The notes beneath the pieces were generated by a model. It searched no databases, was not told the origin of the DNA, and saw only the letters and a list, made by a program, of their open reading frames with translations. Positions 9,283-19,779 of a DNA stretch of 64,000 nucleotides are shown piece by piece (position 1 is the stretch's first letter; each line of letters starts with the position of its first letter). The translations under genes were made by a program, and so were the position numbers. The stretch is from Acutalibacteraceae bacterium (GTDB lineage Bacteria; Bacillota; Clostridia; Oscillospirales; Acutalibacteraceae): positions 54,774-118,773 of the forward strand of contig JAZUPB010000035.1 of NCBI GenBank assembly GCA_045604965.1. The letters are read 5' to 3'.

Positions 9283-10005
9283 TCAGCCTTCAAGTCCGCA
9301 GGATATATCGGCATTGTATTCGCTTTCATTCAGATTCAATTTAATGTCTGCCGTTACGCTGTGACAGCCCAGCAGAGATTCTCCGTCGTCTCCGCTTATT
9401 CCTCCTGCCAGGTGAACAAATGACTCGTTTTCATCGCCATATAAATATATATAGCTTACATACATATTTTGCCTTACATAAGACAGTGTGTACATATTTC
9501 CGTCCTTGTCACGTTCATCATAGTTTTTGCAGGCTTCCACTGTATACTTATAGATTTCCTTCAGTATTTTATCTTTATTATCGTATATGTACCCCAGCGT
9601 TTTTACTGCCGCATCGGTTTCCTTTCCGCTCAGCTCTGCATTGAGCGTAAGGTTATGCCTTCCTAACGGCTTCTCTAATTCTGTGTCTTGCGCTTCTGTC
9701 ATATCTTTATTTGAGTCATACTCGAAAACTATTTTACCAAAGCGCTCATCACTGACCTCTATTTTGGTTACATATTTTTCCTTGTATTCCTGCAGTTTCT
9801 TTTCTTCCGCTGCCTTGATTCTTTTTTCGATAGAATGCCGTATCGCTCTTACAACAAGTGTGATTGCCCACCATATTGCAAGCACTATCAGAAGCTTCCA
9901 TTTTCCCCTCAGAATTGCCCGCAAAAAAACAGATATGTTCAGCACTGCACCTGCTATATACCAGATGGCTGCCAATATCCAATAGATATCCTTCAGTTTT
10001 TTCAT
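9283..10005 (-). CDS. hypothetical membrane protein (2 N-terminal TM helices plus soluble domain)
   Basis: 240-aa ORF with no recognisable catalytic motif. Confidence 0.45.
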   Translation of the reverse strand: MKKLKDIYWILAAIWYIAGAVLNISVFLRAILRGKWKLLIVLAIWWAITLVVRAIRHSIEKRIKAAEEKKLQEYKEKYVTKIEVSDERFGKIVFEYDSNKDMTEAQDTELEKPLGRHNLTLNAELSGKETDAAVKTLGYIYDNKDKILKEIYKYTVEACKNYDERDKDGNMYTLSYVRQNMYVSYIYLYGDENESFVHLAGGISGDDGESLLGCHSVTADIKLNLNESEYNADISCGLEG

Positions 10006-10058
10006 AAGCTTATTCCTCCCAAAAATCTCTCATTTAACTTAATCTATCAGAAATTTTC

Positions 10059-12443
10059 TCAATGTCTTATTTTTGATACTCCCTCAACAAATGCACCTAC
10101 GCTTTCTTCACTCGCTTTATCCGGGAATATATCGCAAAGTTTTCTGTTTGAGGTGTACTGATAATTGCTTTCAACTATCTGCCAGTCCCAGCAGTTGTTT
10201 TCCCATAATCTCACAAGCTGCGCCTTAAGTTCCGGATTTTCATAAAGGGTCTTTATTGTGGATTTCAGCCCGTAAGAATACTGATTATGGTTTTTCAGAT
10301 AAACTCTTCTGCGCATTTGTTCATCTTCCGGTGCGGCAGAAAATGCGGCGATAATATCGTATTCGCCCTCTTCAGCCAGCCACTCTCCGTATTCCGGGTC
10401 AAACGACGCAAAGTCACGCTCGCTGAGAGTAAATTCTATCTTCTCACTTTCTCCTGCTCTGAGTTTTATCTTTTTAAAATATTTAAGCTCCTTCACAGGC
10501 TTCGGCAATGTGGATACAAGGTCAGAAACATAGATTTGCACTGTCTCTGCACCATCTCTGTCACCTGTATTTTTCAGTGTAACTCTGCAATGCAGTTCCT
10601 TTTCAAACACATCTTTTTCCAAGGTCATATCGGTTATTTCAAATTTTGTATAGCCAAGTCCGAAGCCGAAATAATATGCAGGGTGTACCTTCTTCTTTTC
10701 ATAATATCTGTATCCCACATATATGCCTTCTCCATAGTTTACTTCCTTTCCTTCGCCGGGGAAATTGAGGAAAGTAGGCGTATCTTCATATCGCTTCGGG
10801 AAGGTTATGGGCAGCTTTCCTGAAGGATATATCTTTCCTGTCATTATATCTCCCAGCGCTCTTGCGCCTTCCATTCCCGGCAGGAAACACACAAACAGTG
10901 CGTCAAGCTCAGCTTCGTATTCTGATATGTCCACAGGTCCGCATACATTGAGCACAAGGGTGAGCGTAAAGCTATGCTCTTTCTTGATTTTGCAAAGCAT
11001 TTCAAGTTCTTTTCGGTCTTCTTCCGACAGATACAGATCTCTTCGATCGTTGCCCTCCATTCCTCCGAGCTTTGCTATGTATATGATATTTAACTCCTCA
11101 GTTTCTTTTATATGAGTAATAGTTTCGTTTGTTTCAGTACAGACAACGATGTCGGATTCGGTCAGCTCATCAGAAAGCGCCTTTGCAAGATCAGATGTGC
11201 GGTCTGTAGTTATTCCTGCGCTGCCGCTTCCGCACTGCATAAGCTCATTCGCACCGCTTCCCGTCATAAGTACTGTTTGTCTTAAATTTTTCAAAGGGTA
11301 CAGGTTATCTTTGTTTTTAAGCATTACAATGCCTGCTGCCGCCGCTTCATACGCGGCTTTTGTCGTCTCTGCCTTGAGATAATCAAGGTCATCTGCAATA
11401 AATTTTCTTTCGTCTGTGCAGAAGGCTATGAGACTTAAAAGACGGTGGACTGCCGTATCGAGAACTACAATATCAAGACTGCCGTTTTTCACTGCATCAA
11501 CTATGGGCTTTCCTGAAATCGGTCCCGGCATTGCAAGATCATTTCCTGCGCTCAGAGCCTCTACGGGATGATACACTGCACCCCAATCAGACACCACTGC
11601 ACCGTCAAAGCCCCATTCATCTCTGAGAGTCTTTGTTAAAAGCCATTTATTTTCACTGCAGGGCGTTCCGTTTATTGCATTATACGCACTCATAACAGTT
11701 TTGACCTTACCTTCTGTTACGCACGCTTTGAACCCGGGAAGATAAATCTCCTGCAGAGCACGGTCGGATATCGTTTCATTGATTCCCACTCGGTTTGTCT
11801 CCTGATTATTGGCCGCAAAGTGTTTGACATTCGCCGCTGTGCCCATATCCTGCACGCCTTTCACAAGCTCGGGAGCAAGCTTTGACACAAGGCAGGGATC
11901 TTCTGAATACCCCTCAAACAACCGTCCATTGAGAGGATCGCGATGAATATTTACATTTGGGCTTCCAAGAAGTATGTTTATCCCAAACAGGCGAGCTTCT
12001 TTTCCCAGCGCTCTGCCCATCGCATAAACTGCATCAGGATCGAAGGTCGCACCCAGCAGTATTCCCGACGGAAAACAGCTGGGAGAATATTCTTCCTTTG
12101 TCAGGTTGAGCAGCTTTCCTCTTATCCATTCGCGTATCTTCTTTTCTTCCCCATTGAGACGTTCCGGATGGTAGTAATCGTCTATTACTCTTGTAAGCGA
12201 TGTCGATCCTACCATACCGTTTGTGCTCTCTGCCGACACCTCTTCCTTTGAATAAAAATCCCCGAAAAGCTGTTCGAAATTTATCCCCGTTCCTCCGTCA
12301 AGCAGCATAAGTGCCGGTATACCCAGCCGCTCGACACCGCTCATTCCAAAGAATGTGGCACCGTTTACCAATGCCGCTTTTTCTTCCAGTGTCATTTCAC
12401 TAACTGTTTTTTTTATATTAATTCTGTCTATTTTTTCAGACAT
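10059..12443 (-). CDS. glycoside hydrolase family 3 beta-glucosidase / beta-xylosidase
   Basis: 794-aa ORF with GH3 N- and C-terminal domain signatures (…VSDWGAV…, KHFAANNQE, C-terminal fibronectin-like region). Confidence 0.85.
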   Translation of the reverse strand: MSEKIDRINIKKTVSEMTLEEKAALVNGATFFGMSGVERLGIPALMLLDGGTGINFEQLFGDFYSKEEVSAESTNGMVGSTSLTRVIDDYYHPERLNGEEKKIREWIRGKLLNLTKEEYSPSCFPSGILLGATFDPDAVYAMGRALGKEARLFGINILLGSPNVNIHRDPLNGRLFEGYSEDPCLVSKLAPELVKGVQDMGTAANVKHFAANNQETNRVGINETISDRALQEIYLPGFKACVTEGKVKTVMSAYNAINGTPCSENKWLLTKTLRDEWGFDGAVVSDWGAVYHPVEALSAGNDLAMPGPISGKPIVDAVKNGSLDIVVLDTAVHRLLSLIAFCTDERKFIADDLDYLKAETTKAAYEAAAAGIVMLKNKDNLYPLKNLRQTVLMTGSGANELMQCGSGSAGITTDRTSDLAKALSDELTESDIVVCTETNETITHIKETEELNIIYIAKLGGMEGNDRRDLYLSEEDRKELEMLCKIKKEHSFTLTLVLNVCGPVDISEYEAELDALFVCFLPGMEGARALGDIMTGKIYPSGKLPITFPKRYEDTPTFLNFPGEGKEVNYGEGIYVGYRYYEKKKVHPAYYFGFGLGYTKFEITDMTLEKDVFEKELHCRVTLKNTGDRDGAETVQIYVSDLVSTLPKPVKELKYFKKIKLRAGESEKIEFTLSERDFASFDPEYGEWLAEEGEYDIIAAFSAAPEDEQMRRRVYLKNHNQYSYGLKSTIKTLYENPELKAQLVRLWENNCWDWQIVESNYQYTSNRKLCDIFPDKASEESVGAFVEGVSKIRH

Positions 12444-12534
12444 CCTTTTATTCTCCTTTTGGTTTATGTATTTATATAATTATATCAACTATTTATCTTC
12501 GTTTCAATAATTGTATTACTGTCTGTTAAATTTG

Positions 12535-12572
12535 TTTTTCATCTTGTGACTGCAGTATGCTTATGATATAAT
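12535..12572 (+). promoter_or_regulatory. sigma-A type promoter for the aldo/keto reductase gene
   Basis: TTGTGA (12544-12549), 17-nt spacer, TATAAT (12567-12572). Confidence 0.5.
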
Positions 12573-12613
12573 TTTTAGTGTATGCTGAAATATAAAGCAA
12601 AGGTGTGTCTTAT

Positions 12614-13534
12614 ATGAAAACAATAAAACTCGGAAAATCCAATTTGCACGTTCCTGCAATAGCACTCGGATGTATGCGTCTTACAGAACTCGATGACGTT
12701 CAGGCAGAGTCGTACCTGAGATCGTGTATTGAAAAAGGCTTGAATTTCTTCGATCACGCCGATATTTACGGAGGCGGAAAATGTGAGGAGATGTTTGCAA
12801 GAGTTCTGCCTCTTACTCCATCCCAGCGCGAAAGCATTATTATACAGTCGAAATGCAGTATTGTACCCGGTGTTATGTACGATTGTTCAAAGGAACACAT
12901 CGTTTCTTCCGTCGATAAAATTCTTAAACGACTAAACATAGAATATCTTGATATTCTGCTTCTCCACAGACCTGATGCTCTTGTCGAACCCGAGGAAGTT
13001 GCCAAAGCTTTTGATGAGCTTGAAAGTGCAGGCAAAGTTCGTAATTTCGGCGTTTCAAATCACCGTCCTATGCAGATCGAGCTTCTGAAAAAGTATGTAA
13101 AACAGGATATTATCGTCGATCAGCTACAGTTTAGCATACCTTTCTCCAGTATGGTCGCATCCGGAATGGAGGTAAATATGACTACCGACGGTGCTGTTGA
13201 CCGTGACGGCAGTGTGCTCGATTACTGCCGCTTAAATGATATTACTATTCAGGCCTGGTCTCCTTTCCAGATGGCAAACTGGCAGGGAACTTTTATTGGC
13301 AGTGACCGTTATGAGGAGCTCAACAAGGTTATGGATGAGCTCTGCGAAAAATACAACGTAGGCAAAACCGGTATTGCCACTGCGTGGATCCTTCGTCATC
13401 CCGCAAATATTCAGATGATCGCAGGCACTATGAACAGTTCAAGACTCGATGATATCATTGCCGCTTCCGACATCACCCTTACAAGGGAAGAATGGTACAG
13501 ACTCTATCTTGCCGCAGGTCATATTCTGCCGTAA
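12614..13534 (+). CDS. aldo/keto reductase family oxidoreductase
   Basis: ORF-track entry 12605..13534. The ATG at 12614 is preferred, with RBS AAAGGTG 7 nt upstream. AKR signatures are present (LGCMRL, hydride-transfer residues). Confidence 0.8.
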   Translation: MKTIKLGKSNLHVPAIALGCMRLTELDDVQAESYLRSCIEKGLNFFDHADIYGGGKCEEMFARVLPLTPSQRESIIIQSKCSIVPGVMYDCSKEHIVSSVDKILKRLNIEYLDILLLHRPDALVEPEEVAKAFDELESAGKVRNFGVSNHRPMQIELLKKYVKQDIIVDQLQFSIPFSSMVASGMEVNMTTDGAVDRDGSVLDYCRLNDITIQAWSPFQMANWQGTFIGSDRYEELNKVMDELCEKYNVGKTGIATAWILRHPANIQMIAGTMNSSRLDDIIAASDITLTREEWYRLYLAAGHILP

Positions 13535-13565
13535 GTATATAATTTGAAATCAAGGAGAAGCATCT

Positions 13566-14273
13566 ATGAGTTCTTCATCAAACAAGGTTGCTGTTATCAC
13601 AGGTGCCGCTCAGGGAATAGGTAAATGTATAGCAGAAGAATTTGAAAAGGCAGGAGTAACAGTCTGCATTATCGATAAGCAAGACAACCCTTATTTTGTC
13701 GGTGATATTTCAGATAAGGAAACCTTGGAAAGGTTCGCATCCAAGGTCATATCAGACTATGGGCATATTGACTATCTTATAAATAATGCCGCACCTCTTT
13801 TCAAGGGTATTTCTTCCTGTTCATTTGAGGAGTTTGGCTATGCTCTGGCTGTCGGTGTTACCGCACCCTATTATCTTACAAAGCTCTTTATGCCGTATTT
13901 CGCACCAGGCGCAAGCATAGTAAATATTTCCTCAAGCCGTGACCGTATGAGTCAGGGTGAATCTGAAAGCTACACTGCCGCGAAAGGCGGTATCCACGCT
14001 CTTACTCACTCTCTGGCGGTAAGCCTTGCCGGAAAGGTTCGTGTTAATTCAATTTCCCCCGGCTGGATAGATAATAGTTTTAAGACATACGAAGGATCTG
14101 ATGCTGTTCAGCATCCTGCAGGCAGAGTAGGAAATCCTTTGGATATAGCGAATATGGTGATGTATCTCTGCTCTGACAAGGCAGGTTTTATCACAGGTGA
14201 AAACATCTGTATCGACGGCGGTATGACAAGACTTATGATATATCACGCCGACAACAACTGGACACTCGGTTAA
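13566..14273 (+). CDS. SDR-family short-chain dehydrogenase/reductase
   Basis: 235-aa ORF with TGAAQGIG Rossmann motif and a YxxxK catalytic pair. RBS AAGGAGA. Confidence 0.8.
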   Translation: MSSSSNKVAVITGAAQGIGKCIAEEFEKAGVTVCIIDKQDNPYFVGDISDKETLERFASKVISDYGHIDYLINNAAPLFKGISSCSFEEFGYALAVGVTAPYYLTKLFMPYFAPGASIVNISSSRDRMSQGESESYTAAKGGIHALTHSLAVSLAGKVRVNSISPGWIDNSFKTYEGSDAVQHPAGRVGNPLDIANMVMYLCSDKAGFITGENICIDGGMTRLMIYHADNNWTLG

Positions 14274-14302
14274 CTAAATTCACATAAGCGAGGTTATATA
14301 TT

Positions 14303-15064
14303 ATGGGACTTTGGACTTATATGCATACTGTTACTGTTATTCCCGCAATCGCTGCAATGATCATTATTGGTTTTATTTTACGCTTTGCTCTCAAGGACAA
14401 GCCCTTGAAAACACGTATGATCCCATTTCAGATTTTAGCCAGCATTGCTATTGCCATTGAGATCGGTAAGCAGGTCGTTTCTCTCTCAAGAGGCTATGAT
14501 CTCTATCATCTGCCTTTCCACTTCTGTTCACTGTTTATCTTTGCCTTACCTGTTATGGCATTCTACAACGGAAAACACAGAAACGCGGTTACTGCAGTAA
14601 CCACCGCCCTGAGTGCTTCGCTGTTTCTCCTGATGCTTATTTATCCAAATCTTATCTACAGCGAAGGCAATATAAGAGAGTTTTTCTGTGAATATATGTC
14701 TTTCCACACCGTAGCATTTCACAACATAGTAATGCTAGAGTTCTTACTTATCATTTTCCTTGAACTTCATACACCTGATATGAATCGCGATTCAAAGCCC
14801 ATATTAATCTCTGTAATATGCTTCTGTATCATATCTGCTTCAATGGCTCAGATACTCAAGACCAACTATGCAAACTACTATACCTGCAATATCCCCGCTT
14901 TTGAAAGTATAAGAACCTCTCTGCAGAACTCTTTGGGCTATGTTCTGACACAATCGATCTATATTATTATCGTTTCTGCTCTTAATGTAATTTTTGTTTT
15001 TCTCTCCTATTGGCTTTACAGACTTGCTGCTCTCTGTTTCAGAAAAAAGTTCTCTGAAAACTGA
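14303..15064 (+). CDS. polytopic integral membrane protein, function unknown
   Basis: 253-aa ORF with about 7 hydrophobic segments. Confidence 0.5.
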   Translation: MGLWTYMHTVTVIPAIAAMIIIGFILRFALKDKPLKTRMIPFQILASIAIAIEIGKQVVSLSRGYDLYHLPFHFCSLFIFALPVMAFYNGKHRNAVTAVTTALSASLFLLMLIYPNLIYSEGNIREFFCEYMSFHTVAFHNIVMLEFLLIIFLELHTPDMNRDSKPILISVICFCIISASMAQILKTNYANYYTCNIPAFESIRTSLQNSLGYVLTQSIYIIIVSALNVIFVFLSYWLYRLAALCFRKKFSEN

Positions 15065-15218
15065 TTTTCTTATTTAACTTGGTTTAGAAATTAAGTGCTT
15101 TTACTATCCTTTTTTATCTGTTATATGCTTGTACACTGTATAGCCTGTATGCTATACTACACATAAAATACGGTATTTTTATCACGTAAAATGTTTAATA
15201 ATGTTCGGAGGTTTTATT

Positions 15219-17984
15219 ATGAACAATTCGGTCCTTTCTCTTGACGGTTTTGCTCAGAAGGCTCGTGAGGTCGTTGCTGAAGGCTGCGTGCTGCTTCGCA
15301 ATGAAAATTGCGCACTGCCCATTCTCCCTCAGAGCCGTGTAGCTGTTTTCGGACGCACTCAGATGAATTATTACAAAAGCGGTCTTGGCTCAGGCGGTCT
15401 TGTAAATGCAAAATATGTTACAGGCATTTACGAAGCACTTGAAAAAAATGAGGATTATATCCTTGATCCTCAGGTTCGTGAAGTTTACGTCAACTGGACA
15501 AAGGAAAACCCCTTTGACAAGGGCGACGGTTGGTCTTTCCACCCCTGGTTTCAGAAGGAAATGCCCCTTGACGAAGCTCTCGTCCGCACTGCCGCAGGAA
15601 ACAATGACGCGGCACTTGTAATTCTCGGACGTACTGCCGGTGAAGATAACGACAACGGACCTCAGGAAGGCAGCTGGAAACTTACAAAAGAAGAAGAAGC
15701 TATGCTCGATATGGTATGCCGTAATTTTGAGCGTTCTGTAGTTATTCTCAATACGGGCAATATAATAGATATGACCTGGGTCGAAAAATATCAGCCATCT
15801 GCTGTAATGTATGTCTGGCAGGGCGGTCAGGAAGGCGGACCCGGTGTTGCAGATGTGCTCTGCGGAAGAGTATCTCCCTGCGGAAAGCTCACCGATACCA
15901 TCGCTGCAAATATCGAAGACTATCCCTCTGACAAAAACTTCGGACACAAGGATAAATGTATATACGCTGAGGACATTTATGTCGGATACCGCTACTTTGA
16001 GACTTTTGCAAAAGACAAAGTACTCTATCCCTTCGGCTTTGGTCTTTCTTATTCCTCATTCTGCTGCAAGCCTGTCTCTCTTGACTGGGATTCAAAGGCT
16101 GCCGTTGTCCGTTGTTCTGTTGAAAACACAGGTGAATATGCCGGAAAGGAAGTAGTCCAGATCTATGCTGAGCTTCCTCAGGGCAAGCTCGGAAAACCCA
16201 GTCTCACGCTTTGCGGTTTTTCCAAAACACGCACTCTTAAGCCCGGTGAAACAGAGGATATTGAGATAACCGTGCCTGTTGACCGCATCTACTCATATGA
16301 CGACAGCGGCGTAACAGGTCACCGTTCCTGCTATGTTCTCGAGGAAGGTATGTATTCCTTCTATGCAGGGAGTAATGTCCGCTGCCTCGAAAAGGTCGGT
16401 TCCTTTGAGATAGATGAAACAAAGGTTATCGCTCAATTTGAGGAATGCTGTGCTCCCGTTGAAAAGTTTGAGAGATTCAAAAACAATAACGGGCAGCTTG
16501 CTTACGAAGATGTTCCCGTTAAGAGCATCAGTTCCGCTCAGCGCAGACTCGACCGTATGCCTAAGGAGATAGCTCCCACAGAGTTCAAAGGACTGCTTCT
16601 CAAGGATGTTGCAGACGGCAAGTGCACTATGGAAGAATTTGTTGCTCAGATGACTGACGACGATCTCTGCTGCATCGTTCGCGGCGAAGGTATGAGTTCA
16701 AGCAGAGTTACCCCCGGCACTGCAGGCTGTATCGGCGGCGTTACCGACAGACTTGTAAATGATTTCGGCATCGCTTCTGCCTGCTGCTCCGACGGTCCCA
16801 GCGGCATACGTATGGACTGCGGAAACACTGCATTTTCAATGCCTAACGGCACCTGTCAGGCCTGTACCTGGAATGAGGAACTAATCGCTGAGCTTTACTA
16901 CTTCGAGGGTCTCGAAATGCGCAAGTATCAGGTTGACAATCTTCTCGGACCCGGTATGAATATTCACCGTCACCCCCTCAACGGCCGTAACTTTGAATAT
17001 TTCTCAGAAGATCCGATTCTTACCGGACGTATGGCTGTTGCTCAGCTCAACGGTATGCATAAGAGCGGCGTAACTGCTACAATCAAGCACTATGCCACCA
17101 ACAATCAGGAATTTAACCGCAGACGTGTTGATTCAATTGTTTCCGAACGAGCACTGCGCGAAATATATCTCAAGGGTTTTGAAATCGCGGTCCGTGAAGG
17201 CAACGCACGTTCTGTTATGACTACATATAACCCTCTCAACAGCTGCTGGACTGCAAGCCATTATGACCTTGTTACCACCATTCTCCACGATGAATGGGGA
17301 TTTGACGGCATCGTTATGACCGACTGGTGGGCAATGGGCTCTGAAGACGGCAAGGAGCCTTCTACCAAGAACGTAGCATCTATGGTTCGCGCTCAGAATG
17401 ACCTGTTTATGGTTAACAACAACCCTGCTGAAAACAGCGGTGATGATGATTCAGCAGAAAGTCTTGCAAAAGGAACTGTTGAAAGAGCTGAGTATCAGCG
17501 CTGCGCTATGAATATCTGCCGCTTCATTCTTGAAACACCTGCTTTCCGCCGCTGTATCGGCCTTGTCAGCGAGGAAGACCGTCAGCTGCAGCAGCTGCGT
17601 GACGACGAAGGTGACGTTGTTCTTCAGGTTCCCGAAATCAATGTTGGTGTTGATGCATTCATCGACGGTTCTGAGATCGACACCTCCGGCGGCCAGGCTA
17701 CTCTCTTCCAGATGAAGCTTGAATCACGCGGTCAGTATGAAATCACCGTAACCTGCCGTGCTTCAGCTTCTGCTCCCGATACCGCTCAGCTGCCTATGTC
17801 TGTTTTTGTTGATTCAGATCTTATCGGCACAAAGGTTCTCAACGGTTCAGAGAAAGAATGGCAGGCTGTTACATTTACAACTCCTGAGATTGAAAGAAGA
17901 CTTATATTCTTTACAAAGTTCTTCTTTGCTGTCGGCGGACTGGAAATCAATGATGTTAAAATCAAGAGAATAAAGACTCTTTAA
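15219..17984 (+). CDS. glycoside hydrolase family 3 protein (beta-glucosidase-like) with C-terminal beta-sandwich domain
   Basis: ORF-track entry 15201..17984. The ATG at 15219 is preferred, with GGAGG 7 nt upstream. GH3 motifs are present (KHYATNNQE, DWWAMG). Confidence 0.85.
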   Translation: MNNSVLSLDGFAQKAREVVAEGCVLLRNENCALPILPQSRVAVFGRTQMNYYKSGLGSGGLVNAKYVTGIYEALEKNEDYILDPQVREVYVNWTKENPFDKGDGWSFHPWFQKEMPLDEALVRTAAGNNDAALVILGRTAGEDNDNGPQEGSWKLTKEEEAMLDMVCRNFERSVVILNTGNIIDMTWVEKYQPSAVMYVWQGGQEGGPGVADVLCGRVSPCGKLTDTIAANIEDYPSDKNFGHKDKCIYAEDIYVGYRYFETFAKDKVLYPFGFGLSYSSFCCKPVSLDWDSKAAVVRCSVENTGEYAGKEVVQIYAELPQGKLGKPSLTLCGFSKTRTLKPGETEDIEITVPVDRIYSYDDSGVTGHRSCYVLEEGMYSFYAGSNVRCLEKVGSFEIDETKVIAQFEECCAPVEKFERFKNNNGQLAYEDVPVKSISSAQRRLDRMPKEIAPTEFKGLLLKDVADGKCTMEEFVAQMTDDDLCCIVRGEGMSSSRVTPGTAGCIGGVTDRLVNDFGIASACCSDGPSGIRMDCGNTAFSMPNGTCQACTWNEELIAELYYFEGLEMRKYQVDNLLGPGMNIHRHPLNGRNFEYFSEDPILTGRMAVAQLNGMHKSGVTATIKHYATNNQEFNRRRVDSIVSERALREIYLKGFEIAVREGNARSVMTTYNPLNSCWTASHYDLVTTILHDEWGFDGIVMTDWWAMGSEDGKEPSTKNVASMVRAQNDLFMVNNNPAENSGDDDSAESLAKGTVERAEYQRCAMNICRFILETPAFRRCIGLVSEEDRQLQQLRDDEGDVVLQVPEINVGVDAFIDGSEIDTSGGQATLFQMKLESRGQYEITVTCRASASAPDTAQLPMSVFVDSDLIGTKVLNGSEKEWQAVTFTTPEIERRLIFFTKFFFAVGGLEINDVKIKRIKTL

Positions 17985-18008
17985 TGCATAAATCGGAGGT
18001 CTGAAATT

Positions 18009-19724
18009 ATGATCAGTCAGAAAATTCGCTCCATTGCACCTGAGCAGGATCCCTTGCGCATGGGTATGGGCTGGACTGTTGACGATCTTGCAAAGCCCCA
18101 GATAATGGTGGAAAGCACATTCGGAGACAGTCACCCCGGAAGCGCACATTTGCTCTCACTTGTTGAGGAAACAGTATCTGCTATAGCCACCTCCGGCGGC
18201 AAAGCCGCAAGATACTTTGCTACCGATATATGCGACGGTATGGCTCAGGGTCACGACGGTATGAACTACTCTCTGGTAAGCCGCGACACTATCGCCAATA
18301 TGATAGAGATTCACGCAGGTGCCACACCCTTTGACGGTGGTGTATTTATCTCCAGCTGTGACAAGGCTGTCCCTGCTCACCTTATGGGTATAGGTCGGGT
18401 AAATATGCCCTCTATTCTCGTTACCGGCGGTGTTATGGATGCAGGTCCCGACCTGCTCACTCTCGAGCAGATAGGTATTTACGCCGCAAAGTGCGCACGC
18501 GGTGAAATAACCTCTGACAAGCTTCAGTGGTACAAGCAGCACGCCTGTCCCAGCTGCGGCGCCTGCTCCTTTATGGGCACTGCATCTACTATGCAGGTTA
18601 TGGGTGAAGCTCTCGGACTTATGCTGCCCGGCACTGCTCTCCTCCCTGCTACCAGCGACATTCTTCTCGAAACCGCCCGCAAGGCAGGCGAGCAGATAAT
18701 GAAGCTTTCTGCTCAGGGTTTGCGTCCACGTGATATTGTAACTGTAAAATCTTTCGAAAACGCTGTTATGGTTCACGCCGCTATTTCCGGTTCGACAAAC
18801 AGCCTTCTTCATATTCCTGCTATTGCCCGTGAATTCGGAATCGAATTTGATGCCGAAATGTTTGACCGTATGCATCGCGGTGCTCATTACCTGCTTGATA
18901 TACGTCCTGCAGGACGCTGGCCCGCACAGTTCTTCACCTATGCGGGCGGTGTTCCAAGAGTTATGGAAGAAATCCGCTCGGTTCTCCATCTTGACGTTAT
19001 GACCGTAACAGGCAAGACTCTCGGCGAAAACCTCGATGAGCTTAAGGCAAACAGTTATTACGACAACTGCGACGAGGCCTGCAGAAAGGTCGGACTTAAA
19101 TGGCAGGATATCATCCGTCCTTACGATGACGCTATCGGAACAGACGGTGCTATCGCCATTCTTAAAGGAAATCTTGCACCCGATGGTGCAGTTATCAAGC
19201 ACACCGCCTGCCCCAAGGAAATGTTCTCCGCTGTGCTTCGCGCTCGTCCTTTTGACTGTGAGGAAGATGCTCAGCAGGCTGTTCTGCGCCACGATATAAA
19301 AGCCGGCGATGCGGTTCTTATCCGTTATGAAGGCCCCAAGGGCTCCGGTATGCCTGAGATGTTCTACACATCAGAGGCAATTTCTTCCGATCCCGAGCTT
19401 GGTCGCAGTATCGCACTCATTACCGACGGCAGATTCTCCGGCGCTTCCACCGGTCCTTCTATCGGTCACGTCTCTCCCGAAGCTGCCGAAGGCGGTCCTA
19501 TCGCTCTGGTTGAGGAAAACGACCTTATATATATTGATATACCCTCAAGAAAGCTTGAAATTGTCGGCATGAACGGCGAAAGAAAAAGCCCTGAAGAAAT
19601 TGCTGCTGTGCTTGCTGAAAGGCGCGAAAAATGGGAAAAACGTCCGCAGAAATATACAGACGGCGTGCTGAAGATCTTCAGCGAGCACGCTCAATCCCCT
19701 ATGAAGGGCGGAAATATGGTTTAA
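18009..19724 (+). CDS. IlvD/EDD-family dehydratase (dihydroxy-acid or sugar-acid dehydratase)
   Basis: 571-aa ORF with family motifs (CDKAVPAHLMG, CPSCGACSFMGTASTM Fe-S Cys ligands). RBS GGAGG. Confidence 0.8.
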   Translation: MISQKIRSIAPEQDPLRMGMGWTVDDLAKPQIMVESTFGDSHPGSAHLLSLVEETVSAIATSGGKAARYFATDICDGMAQGHDGMNYSLVSRDTIANMIEIHAGATPFDGGVFISSCDKAVPAHLMGIGRVNMPSILVTGGVMDAGPDLLTLEQIGIYAAKCARGEITSDKLQWYKQHACPSCGACSFMGTASTMQVMGEALGLMLPGTALLPATSDILLETARKAGEQIMKLSAQGLRPRDIVTVKSFENAVMVHAAISGSTNSLLHIPAIAREFGIEFDAEMFDRMHRGAHYLLDIRPAGRWPAQFFTYAGGVPRVMEEIRSVLHLDVMTVTGKTLGENLDELKANSYYDNCDEACRKVGLKWQDIIRPYDDAIGTDGAIAILKGNLAPDGAVIKHTACPKEMFSAVLRARPFDCEEDAQQAVLRHDIKAGDAVLIRYEGPKGSGMPEMFYTSEAISSDPELGRSIALITDGRFSGASTGPSIGHVSPEAAEGGPIALVEENDLIYIDIPSRKLEIVGMNGERKSPEEIAAVLAERREKWEKRPQKYTDGVLKIFSEHAQSPMKGGNMV

Positions 19725-19732
19725 GTCATATA

Positions 19733-19766
19733 AAAAAACGTGGTGTTTTACACCACGTTTTTTGCT
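19733..19766. terminator. bidirectional intrinsic terminator
   Basis: AACGTGGTGT…ACACCACGTT hairpin flanked by an A-run and a T-run, lying between convergent genes. Confidence 0.65.
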
Positions 19767-19779
19767 TCAGTCGCTTTGT

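Noticed and set aside
15390-15947. 185-aa minus-strand ORF
   Set aside because: It is embedded antisense in the GH3 gene.
18156-19292. 378-aa minus-strand ORF
   Set aside because: It lies entirely antisense within the well-supported IlvD/EDD dehydratase gene. It has no RBS and is a GC-rich antisense artefact.
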